A stretch of 62,029 nucleotides of DNA from a virus (Duplodnaviria; Caudoviricetes), in IMG/VR virus record IMGVR_UViG_3300044980_000053, positions 1-62,029 of that record; one strand, 5' to 3'. Below are positions 36,812 to 44,544 of the stretch, piece after piece (the stretch's first letter is position 1; each line of letters starts with the position of its first letter). The notes beneath the pieces are model-generated. The model was not told the DNA's origin, did no database searches, and saw only the letters and a program-made list of their open reading frames with translations. The translations under genes were made by a program, and so were the position numbers.

Positions 36812-37086
36812 TGGAGGGCCTCTTAGCGGACCTAGTGATAGTAGCCATCACCTTAGGCGCCGGTCTAATAGGTGCCGACCTTACCTGGAAATACTGGAAG
36901 CGCGCCAGGGCTAAGGATCCAGAAATTAAGCGCGAGATAATGGAGGAACAGGGAGAAAACAATGCCAAGGAGTACGAGGTCGAAGAATCTCGTAAGTGCT
37001 CCATGTGCGGGGAGTTGACAGATCCTTCTGCGGATCTATATATGAGCGGCGAGTGGTTTCACAAGAAATGTTTCAAGATCAATTGA
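36811..37086 (+). CDS. Membrane-anchored small Zn-finger protein
   Basis: N-terminal TM helix; CSMC...HKKC. Confidence 0.65.
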   Translation: MEGLLADLVIVAITLGAGLIGADLTWKYWKRARAKDPEIKREIMEEQGENNAKEYEVEESRKCSMCGELTDPSADLYMSGEWFHKKCFKIN

Positions 37087-37103
37087 CAAGAAAGAGAGAC
37101 AGT

Positions 37104-38042
37104 ATGCGTAACAGTCGACAAGGTACAGTGACGTTGTTTGTGATCGGGGCAATAGTTCTGCTAGGCGGTCTTGTGGTAGCGGGCATCGCGTGTGCGAAGC
37201 TCGAGAAGATTCACCCAGGGCACGTTGGCGTATCCGTCAAGAAGTGCGAGGGAGGAGGCGTTTCCGATGACCCTATTCCGACCGGCTACTACTGGCGCAC
37301 GCTGTTCTGTGAGGACGTGGTCGAGTACCCGATCTCGATGCAGTCGCTCATTCTCACCAAGAACCCTCACGAGGGCACTGGAGGAACGAGCGGCAACGAG
37401 GTCGACCAGTCGATCACAGTGACGTCATCAGAGGGCCTAGGTATCGAGACCGACGTGGCGCTGAATTTCACGCTCGACGCCAAGAAGGTGCCGAGTATCT
37501 ATTCGAAGTGGCGCGACAACATCGAGAACATCGAACACAAGTATATCCGCCAAACCGTTCGCGAAGGTCTTCAGAACACGTTCGCTAAGTACTCCGCTGA
37601 AGAGCTCTACTCCACCAAGAAGGAGACGGCGCGCGCAGAAGTCCAGACGTTCCTGGAGAATAAGATCGGCCCGTTCGGTTTCATGATCTCGCAGTTCACG
37701 ATCAACCGCATCGAGCCGCCGCAGCAGGTGATCACCGCTATTAACGCAAAGGTAGCCATGATCCAGCAGGCGCAGCAGAGCCAGCAAGAGGTCAAAAAGA
37801 AGGAGGCCGAGGCGGCTCAAGCAGTTGCTGTCGCCAGAGGGCAGGCTGACGCGCGCAAGGCGCAAGCAGAAGGTGAGGCAGCGGCCATCGAGATGACGGC
37901 TGATGCGCAGGCGAAGGCCAATCTCACGTTGTCTAAGTCAGTAACTCCAGAACTGATCGAGTACGTCAAGGCACAGAAGTGGTCGGGTAACCTTCCTCAG
38001 GTTACTGGCCAGATTCAGCCGATGATGAACGTCGGGAAATAG
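37104..38042 (+). CDS. SPFH/Band 7/prohibitin family membrane protein
   Basis: N-terminal TM; IHPGHVGV, ITVTSSEG..IETD, coiled AEA/AQA tail, KWSGNLPQ; start reassigned to ATG 37104. Confidence 0.88.
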   Translation: MRNSRQGTVTLFVIGAIVLLGGLVVAGIACAKLEKIHPGHVGVSVKKCEGGGVSDDPIPTGYYWRTLFCEDVVEYPISMQSLILTKNPHEGTGGTSGNEVDQSITVTSSEGLGIETDVALNFTLDAKKVPSIYSKWRDNIENIEHKYIRQTVREGLQNTFAKYSAEELYSTKKETARAEVQTFLENKIGPFGFMISQFTINRIEPPQQVITAINAKVAMIQQAQQSQQEVKKKEAEAAQAVAVARGQADARKAQAEGEAAAIEMTADAQAKANLTLSKSVTPELIEYVKAQKWSGNLPQVTGQIQPMMNVGK

Positions 38043-38044
38043 CT

Positions 38045-38239
38045 ATGACGTCAGATGACGAGACTAAGCTAATTACTCTTGTCATATCCCTATTGGGGAT
38101 GTTGGCGATCATCTTGGTAGCAGCAGTATTCACTGACTGCGAATGGAATGATCACAGGCGTCAGAGCTGCATCGAGCAGACTCATGACGTGCCAAGCTGC
38201 ATTAAAGCGTTCCCGCCAACAGGCGCTCATAAAGAGTAA
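38045..38239 (+). CDS. Small membrane protein
   Basis: Single TM helix, three Cys. Confidence 0.6.
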   Translation: MTSDDETKLITLVISLLGMLAIILVAAVFTDCEWNDHRRQSCIEQTHDVPSCIKAFPPTGAHKE

Positions 38240-38243
38240 GGTC

Positions 38244-38315
38244 GCGGGTATAGCTCAGCGGAAGAGCAGCGCCTTTACAAGGCGACAGTCGGCGGTTCGA
38301 TCCCGTCTACCCGTA
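38244..38315 (+). tRNA. tRNA-Val(TAC), CCA not encoded
   Basis: Acceptor GCGGGTA/TACCCGT, D arm GCTC/GAGC, anticodon loop TTTACAA, T arm GGCGG-TTCGATC-CCGTC, discriminator A. Confidence 0.92.
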
Positions 38316-38369
38316 CGAACATAAGAATCTTCGTTTTCTTGGTACAAGAAACAGTGAAAGGAAACAACC

Positions 38370-38594
38370 ATGCCAGCATTTGAAGTGATCGTGATCGAGA
38401 CTGCAACGAAGAAGGACGTCGAGGACAACGGCGCCGCACCGGAGAAGCTCATTCTCGGGCCTGTGGTCGTACTGGCCAAGGACGCTCCCACTGCCGGACA
38501 CAAGGCGATGATGGAGAACGCCGACAAGATCAAGGTCGCCAACCTAGACAGGACGTCGACGCTCATCCGCCCTTTTGCCGAAGCGGGCGAGTAG
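38370..38594 (+). CDS. Small hypothetical protein
   Basis: 74 aa; AAAGGA SD; GC3-rich codons. Confidence 0.75.
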   Translation: MPAFEVIVIETATKKDVEDNGAAPEKLILGPVVVLAKDAPTAGHKAMMENADKIKVANLDRTSTLIRPFAEAGE

Positions 38595-38597
38595 AAG

Positions 38598-38850
38598 AGA
38601 AGCCAAAGGCTTCTGCGACTCAGCCCGCTGTCGTTAATCCGCGTCGAGGGCACTCGACAGAGGATCTGTTGAAGCGTCTCACGGAACACCAACACCCGCA
38701 GAATCCATACTGTGTGGACCCTCTGTATCCGTCGGTATACCCAACGCGGATCGGCGGAACACTAGGGAGCAATTACTCCCCAGGGTCACACGTGGTGCAA
38801 AGCACCGGGACTACGGTCTCACTCAACGCCAAAGACTTGATGGGGCGCTG
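38598..38850 (+). ncRNA. Candidate multi-hairpin structured ncRNA (about 250 nt)
   Basis: At least 7 stems, including a C(UACG)G tetraloop at 38807-38820 and an 11-bp enclosing stem 38711-38722/38782-38792. Confidence 0.5.
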
Positions 38851-38851
38851 A

Positions 38852-40471
38852 TCAGTAGAACTCGAGATCTCTGCACAACATCCTCCACGCCAACCACGAG
38901 AACAAGTGAGCGTGGAGAAAGTCATCCGGTACGTTGGGCGGATGGCGCCACACCTTCTTCCCCGCTACCGTTGTCTCCTCGTAAACGCTTAAGATATCAT
39001 TGATTGCGGGTTTCATCGCAACAACAGGGCCAAACAGAAATTGTTTCAGTAGTACAGCTCTGGCCCAGTTGTCTATGAGAGAACTGCGGTCGCAGTGATA
39101 ACTGGCGGATTCTGGCGACCAATCCATCGGCTTGGATTTGTTCATATAGCGCACAGCCACCACCCTGTGAACTCCTAAGCGCGTCTTGAGCTCCGCATTA
39201 GCTAGTTGCCCCTCGCCAGCGTCCCCGACGATCATGCTGACGTTCCAAGCGTCGCAAATATGTGCAATCTCCTCAACGGTTTGAAGCATGTGGCCGTTAG
39301 GAAAAATCCTATAGTAAAGTGTCCTAAAGCGGCCGTCGGCTTGCTGCCCTCCGACGTGTAGAACCGTACGCGACTTGTACATACCTTCGCTGCCTTTAAT
39401 CTCGCCTCCGCCCCCTGACCAGTCGACGCCTGCAGTAACCTTTGAGATTCCGAGCATAGAGTCGTTCTCGGGTAGCCTAGAGAGCTTGACGCGCTCATCA
39501 CACAACTCTTCGAGGATCTCTTTCGTAAGAAGCTTAACGCCTGTAGAAGTAGATACGCCCAGGCACTCATTGAAGAATTTGGTTTCGCCGTAGACGGTCT
39601 GTTTATCTAAGAACTCACTCCAGTGGATTAAAGCCTTGGCGTGACGCGGGTCGCTAGTAGGCCACGCAGCAGCGACGTTCCTGGGCATGATGGCCTGGCT
39701 AATATGGAAGCCCTTGATCTTGGCGTCAGGCTTCATGTCGATCCATCGACCCTCACGTGGATTCAAGTTCTTAGAGCACTTCAGGCAAACAGGGCCCTCT
39801 AGACCAAGAGGCCTTATGTTGTCTACGAAGGTGTAATTTCCGCAACCACTGCACTTCATGCACCACTCAGATTGAGTGGACAACTGCCACAAAAACTCAA
39901 TACCGTTCTCAGAAGTCTTAGGAGTCCCCGCGTAGATAGAAAAAGGTCCGTACTTCGACGCGGACATAGCTTCTTCTACTACGGGCACTACTGACTCGTA
40001 CTGAATATCCTGTATCTCGTCGAATAGAGCTCTGTCGGCGGAGTAACCGCGGGCTCTGTCGGCGTCATCGCTGCCATATGTGAACGCCATCTCAGAGCCG
40101 TTGTTAAGTGTCCGTAACAGGACGTTATCAATGGACTCGGGACCTGCAAATCCCTTCCTCAGAAGCGGACTGTAGGCGAGGATCTTGGCGACACGTGTGT
40201 GTGAAAACTTAAGTGTCTGTTCTTTAGAGGGGGAGAGGTAGTAGGCCTTAAAGTGCGGGATACCCATGCACTCGGCGAGCATGAAACAAGCAATGGAGGT
40301 GCTCTTGCCAAGCTGACGAGCGCACTTCAGTAGAATCTTTGAGTAGTTACCGTCGTATATGGCGTAGAACATAGGCCAGTGTTCCAGGGAGAAGGGTTGA
40401 CCTTCCACGTGGAAAAACGACTCGGCTATGTCAGCCCGTGAACCAGAAAGTGTTAGGTCGCTGGCGCTCAT
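38852..40471 (-). CDS. terL: Terminase large subunit
   Basis: CARQLGKST Walker A, ALFDEIQD Walker B, AGTPK, Zn ribbon CSGC..CLKC, nuclease AGVDWS and PDDFLHA; start reassigned to ATG 40471. Confidence 0.9.
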   Translation of the reverse strand: MSASDLTLSGSRADIAESFFHVEGQPFSLEHWPMFYAIYDGNYSKILLKCARQLGKSTSIACFMLAECMGIPHFKAYYLSPSKEQTLKFSHTRVAKILAYSPLLRKGFAGPESIDNVLLRTLNNGSEMAFTYGSDDADRARGYSADRALFDEIQDIQYESVVPVVEEAMSASKYGPFSIYAGTPKTSENGIEFLWQLSTQSEWCMKCSGCGNYTFVDNIRPLGLEGPVCLKCSKNLNPREGRWIDMKPDAKIKGFHISQAIMPRNVAAAWPTSDPRHAKALIHWSEFLDKQTVYGETKFFNECLGVSTSTGVKLLTKEILEELCDERVKLSRLPENDSMLGISKVTAGVDWSGGGGEIKGSEGMYKSRTVLHVGGQQADGRFRTLYYRIFPNGHMLQTVEEIAHICDAWNVSMIVGDAGEGQLANAELKTRLGVHRVVAVRYMNKSKPMDWSPESASYHCDRSSLIDNWARAVLLKQFLFGPVVAMKPAINDILSVYEETTVAGKKVWRHPPNVPDDFLHAHLFSWLAWRMLCRDLEFY

Positions 40472-40481
40472 GCTCTGCGAC

Positions 40482-40490
40482 CTAAGTGTA
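40482..40490 (-). promoter_or_regulatory. Candidate late promoter motif TACACTTAG
   Basis: 10 nt upstream of the terminase ATG; matches the shared motif. Confidence 0.45.
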
Positions 40491-40532
40491 ACCGATAGCA
40501 ACCGATAGAGAAATTTGGGAGGATTGATAGAT

Positions 40533-41822
40533 ATGTCGAAGATCGAACAGAACCAGGTGACCGAGGATACCCCCGCCAACAAGCTGGGGATCGATGTTCA
40601 AACGCCGAACGGCTTCCGAGACCTAATCAAGGTTCTCGCGAGCACCCCGCAAGTCCTGTGCGCGGTGGGTCCTTCCGGCATCGGAAAGACCGCAATCCCG
40701 AAGCAGGTGGCCAAGGAGCGCGGCGCTCCGTATGCCGCCATCCACATGCCGACGATGACCCCGGAAGACTTCCACATCCCGACGATGTCGAAGGACAAGA
40801 GCCAGTACTACGACCGCCGTATCCCGCGCGTCTTCCAGGAGATCCTGGACTACGTGGAGAAGACGAAGGCCGAGAACAACGGCGTCGTTCCTCCGGAGAA
40901 GCGTCCGATCATCTCGGTGGAGGAGCTCAACCGCGCGGTCGACAAGTCCGTGACGCGCGGCGCATTCGTCATGCTCGGAGATCGCCGTATCGGCGATGTC
41001 CAGCTCGATGACTCGATCCAGTTCGTGGCGACCATGAACCCCTCGGGTGGTGGTATGTCCGTGAACGAGTTCGAGCGTGATCCGGCGATGCGTCGCCGTC
41101 TGACGCTGGTGTACGTGGCGCCGGACTACTCGACGTTCATTAACTTCGCCGACGCGGCGAAGTTCCACCCGGAGGTCGTGGCGTACCTGCGCGCGCACAC
41201 GTCGCAGTACTACGACCAGACCGGTGCCAACAGCGGCAAGGTGTTCGCGTGTCCCGCCACCTGGGAGGGCGTGTCGAACGTCTGCTACGCGTTCGAGCGC
41301 GTGCAGCAGCCGCTGACCTCGCCGGCTGCGCGAGCGGCCGTGTCGGGCCTCATCGGTACCGGCGTCGCCGAGACGCTCCTCGAGTTCATTCGTGATCGGT
41401 CAGTGACGATCTCGCCTGAGGACATCCTCAGCGGCTACACCGAGAAGAGCGACGTCCGGAAGCGCGTGAAGAGCATGCTTGCCATCGACGGCGGCCGGCT
41501 CGATCGCGTGACGGATCTCACTCGCGGCCTGTCGGTGCTCATCCTGAGCTCGACGGACAAGAAGCCGGAAAAGCTCGCGAAGCACCTGGGGTTGTTCATG
41601 TCGGATCTGCCCGAAGAGGTCTTCTTCGCGCTGATCAACAACATGACCAACGAGGGTAACAAGGGCGGTCAGGAAGCGCGTCTGTGGGTGCAGAAGATCA
41701 ACGTCTGCATGAATGACGACGCGAACTTCAAGGAAGCGCTCGCGAAGCTTCACAACGCCAAGGAGAAGGCGAACAAGGAAGCGGACGCGTCGGGTGCGAA
41801 GGACTCGAAGGAGTCGAAGTAA
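40533..41822 (+). CDS. MoxR/dynein-related AAA+ ATPase
   Basis: GGAGG SD; GPSGIGKT, ISVEELNR, ATMNP, DPAMRRR, CPATWE. Confidence 0.88.
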   Translation: MSKIEQNQVTEDTPANKLGIDVQTPNGFRDLIKVLASTPQVLCAVGPSGIGKTAIPKQVAKERGAPYAAIHMPTMTPEDFHIPTMSKDKSQYYDRRIPRVFQEILDYVEKTKAENNGVVPPEKRPIISVEELNRAVDKSVTRGAFVMLGDRRIGDVQLDDSIQFVATMNPSGGGMSVNEFERDPAMRRRLTLVYVAPDYSTFINFADAAKFHPEVVAYLRAHTSQYYDQTGANSGKVFACPATWEGVSNVCYAFERVQQPLTSPAARAAVSGLIGTGVAETLLEFIRDRSVTISPEDILSGYTEKSDVRKRVKSMLAIDGGRLDRVTDLTRGLSVLILSSTDKKPEKLAKHLGLFMSDLPEEVFFALINNMTNEGNKGGQEARLWVQKINVCMNDDANFKEALAKLHNAKEKANKEADASGAKDSKESK

Positions 41823-41825
41823 GGG

Positions 41826-42479
41826 CTAGGTACGGATAGACGCTAGGGCGCTCTCGGCCTTTGCGCGCCTCTCGCGGACGTGCATCTCAACCGCCGCTAG
41901 GCGGGCAAGTTGCACGCCCGCGGGAGTTTCTTTTATCTCGACGTCCGGGAGCTGCCGCGAGATGCGCGGCCACTCCTGTCTGACCTCGAAGGCGAGGTTT
42001 GTTGAAGCGAGTCTTCGCACGAGGTAGTCCTCGGCGAAAGAGAGTTCTTTTGGTGCTGTAACGAAACCTGCGCGGTCTAGGATGACGGCTACCCCAGCAC
42101 GAGGCTCGTCCTCTGGTACAAGAGCCTCGTCGTCGAGCAGTCGCCTGATCCAGGCGGCCTCCTCGAAAGTCCAAGCCAGTTGGACTGGCGTTGGCTCCTC
42201 AAGGATATCTGGAAGGACTTCATAGCCGTGAAAAGCTAATGCAGTCTTAGACGTCACGATAAAATCCCAGTAGAAACTTGGGACGAGATGGAGTCCCACA
42301 GCGGCCATGAGACGTGCCCTGTTCATAACAGGCAGATCTACGCGGTGGTGTTCCATCTCCTTCCAAGTCGTCTCTGGCTCCCAGAGCAGGAAGTCGCTTC
42401 CAATCAGGGCGCGTGTGGCTTGAAGAACAGCCACTGCTGGGCTGTCCTCGCTACGTAGAATGTCTTGCGCGTAACTCAC
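41826..42479 (-). CDS. Hypothetical protein (late cluster)
   Basis: 217 aa; abuts the upstream minus-strand gene. Confidence 0.7.
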   Translation of the reverse strand: MSYAQDILRSEDSPAVAVLQATRALIGSDFLLWEPETTWKEMEHHRVDLPVMNRARLMAAVGLHLVPSFYWDFIVTSKTALAFHGYEVLPDILEEPTPVQLAWTFEEAAWIRRLLDDEALVPEDEPRAGVAVILDRAGFVTAPKELSFAEDYLVRRLASTNLAFEVRQEWPRISRQLPDVEIKETPAGVQLARLAAVEMHVRERRAKAESALASIRT

Positions 42480-43478
42480 TCACCGAATGTAGCGCGCTAG
42501 GTGCGATTGCAAATCCATTGGGAGTGTGGGAAGAACTGCGGCCAGCTTCGCTAGGTCCACGCTGTCACCAACACCGCTGATCTCACGGGCAAGGTCTGGT
42601 CCCAGAGCATCGCTGTAGAAACTAGTCGGATAGGCGGCTAGACGCTCCATTGGAATAAATCGACCGCCAAGGGACATGCCCGCCGAGGCGACCTTATCTG
42701 TGTTCCACACGGAGGCTGCTGGATCTGGGAGCTTCTTGCCCCAGTGCTGGTCAAGACCGGCCATCTCATCTAGGACCTCGAGAGAGGCCGCGATCTTCTC
42801 CTGAACAGCGCGATCACGGAGCTCTGGGCCCTGTCTAAGGACCTCACTAGCAAGCTTCCTGAAGCCCCCCTGATGCTCCTCTGGCGCTGCCTCTGCTCTG
42901 GCCTCCAGCCAGTCTGCTAGCGTACGCGTAGACGTCACGACCAGCCCGGCCATCTTGCGGGTCTCGTCGGAGACGCGTACGCCGTGAAATGCGGCCTTCT
43001 CAACAAGGCGCGCGGAAGCCAGAGTGCGGGAACCTGGCGACAGGCTACGGCCCTCGTAACGTAGGCGTTGCTCAGCGGCCTGAACATCGCTGGCGCTCTT
43101 CACGCGAAGGCGCTTAATGTGCGGCAGGAGGTAATCATCGGAATCATCCTGCGCTACCTTGACCGCGCGTACTGGAGCTTCAAACAGGCTCTCGTCTACC
43201 CCGTAGACGTCGAGAGCTTCCTTAACAGAAGCCCTGACATATGCAGGTACGTCTCCTGCGGCGTCAAGGTATGCACGAGACAAGATAGCGTGCTCTCTAG
43301 AGTGCAGCGCGAAGGCACGCTTCTCGGGCCACGCAAAGGCTGAATCAGGCAACGAGTTGACCTCAGAAGCGTCAATATCGACTTCCATCACGGCGGAAGC
43401 GAGCTTAGGCCGTCCCTCTACTAGGCGCATTAGGTGCGCCATAACAGGATCATGAAAAGCGTCGATAATCTGAGGCAT
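42480..43478 (-). CDS. K-x-A-rich putative head morphogenesis protein
   Basis: Start reassigned to ATG 43478 (MPQIIDAFHD); KLAS, KVAQ, KSAS, KAAF, KIAA, KVAS; LPDSAFAWP motif. Confidence 0.65.
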   Translation of the reverse strand: MPQIIDAFHDPVMAHLMRLVEGRPKLASAVMEVDIDASEVNSLPDSAFAWPEKRAFALHSREHAILSRAYLDAAGDVPAYVRASVKEALDVYGVDESLFEAPVRAVKVAQDDSDDYLLPHIKRLRVKSASDVQAAEQRLRYEGRSLSPGSRTLASARLVEKAAFHGVRVSDETRKMAGLVVTSTRTLADWLEARAEAAPEEHQGGFRKLASEVLRQGPELRDRAVQEKIAASLEVLDEMAGLDQHWGKKLPDPAASVWNTDKVASAGMSLGGRFIPMERLAAYPTSFYSDALGPDLAREISGVGDSVDLAKLAAVLPTLPMDLQSHLARYIR

Positions 43479-43481
43479 ATC

Positions 43482-43490
43482 GTAAGTATA
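43482..43490 (-). promoter_or_regulatory. Candidate late promoter TATACTTAC (leaderless geometry)
   Basis: TATACT ends 6 nt before ATG 43478; no SD. Confidence 0.55.
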
Positions 43491-43518
43491 CGAGAACTGT
43501 AAGTAAAGAGGAGGAACG

Positions 43519-44235
43519 ATGAGTAAATTCGCTAACATGACGGCCGGGGATGTGGCTGCGATCGTCGTAGGATCGATGGAGCGCGGAGAGGAGCCTGATA
43601 TCGCGTCTCTTGACGCTTGGTTTGGGACCGCCTCTGAGGTAGACGGATTCAGCGTGATCTCTGCAATCGCTGCCCCTTTAGGTCCTATAGGCCTTTCTAG
43701 CGCACATGCCCCCATCTCTCGAAAGCAGCGCGCCTATCGGACGGTTTTCGCGGTTCTAAACACAAAGTTAAATAACCTTGACGGCGGTTGGCGTACTTTC
43801 GCCCGCCGTCGACAGAGCAGCGACGGGAAAACGCCTGAAGAGCGTAAAGCTGACAGCGAACAAGAAATGCGCGAGCGCGAAAGCGCTGTGGCAAACGTTC
43901 CTACCAGGAAAGTAACCGGAGTACTCGGTCGACATTCGAGCAGCTACTTTCCCAGTGTGAACTATTCCTGGTACGCCGTAAAAGACGTAGAGCTCTTTTC
44001 TACAAAAGAACATGACATCATGTACCTCGACGATAACGGCGACGGAACGGAAATAGAAAAAAGTACGGGAGAATCTCGCGCCAAATTTCTCGGGGAGAAC
44101 CCCGATGAAATGCTGGGACATGTCGTCGAAGTCGAGTACCTTCACAAAGAAGATGTTAACGATGCTATCGCAAAAACGCGCTCTACTATCTGGGCTGACG
44201 GGCACGAGGTCAAGTCTCTCAAGGTCATTGACTAG
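43519..44235 (+). CDS. Hypothetical protein; N-domain paralogous to the next gene
   Basis: GAGGAGG SD; MSKFANMTAGDVA...SAIAAP. Confidence 0.75.
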   Translation: MSKFANMTAGDVAAIVVGSMERGEEPDIASLDAWFGTASEVDGFSVISAIAAPLGPIGLSSAHAPISRKQRAYRTVFAVLNTKLNNLDGGWRTFARRRQSSDGKTPEERKADSEQEMRERESAVANVPTRKVTGVLGRHSSSYFPSVNYSWYAVKDVELFSTKEHDIMYLDDNGDGTEIEKSTGESRAKFLGENPDEMLGHVVEVEYLHKEDVNDAIAKTRSTIWADGHEVKSLKVID

Positions 44236-44245
44236 GAGAAAGAGC

Positions 44246-44530
44246 GTGAATGAATTTGTGAACATGTCGGTGGGGGACGTCGCTTCAGCTATCGTCGATT
44301 CTCTTGAGAAGAACGAAGAAGTAAACCTCGTTGCTTTTGCCGAGTGGTGCAAGACTGCGACCGCGAACGACGGAGAAACGTTATTCAGTGCTATAGCAGC
44401 ACCGAACGTGCCAAACGTTAAAGATTACCAAATCCGCTTCAAACAATTTAACAATGCGGTAGGAAACCTACCGAGTTTTATCGACCTAGTAAACAGGATC
44501 ACCGATAAGCGCAACAGCGAGAAAGAATAA
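44246..44530 (+). CDS. Small helical protein, paralog of the 43519 N-domain
   Basis: AGGAG SD, GTG start; MNEFVNMSVGDVA...SAIAAP. Confidence 0.75.
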   Translation: MNEFVNMSVGDVASAIVDSLEKNEEVNLVAFAEWCKTATANDGETLFSAIAAPNVPNVKDYQIRFKQFNNAVGNLPSFIDLVNRITDKRNSEKE

Positions 44531-44544
44531 GAGAGGAACGCAAG

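Noticed and set aside
38244-38315. Ochre suppressor tRNA (TTA) or genetic code reassignment
   Set aside because: The 7-nt loop TTTACAA places TAC at positions 34-36 (Val). Long genes are intact under the standard code and all three stops are used.
38669-38851. 60 aa ORF
   Set aside because: TTG start, no recognisable features, and it lies wholly within the hairpin-dense element; a non-coding reading is preferred but coding is not excluded.
40472-43715. Track N-terminal extensions of terL (to 40582) and of ORF 42480 (to 43715)
   Set aside because: They overlap divergent genes that have good SDs; internal ATGs at 40471 and 43478 follow the shared promoter-like motif.
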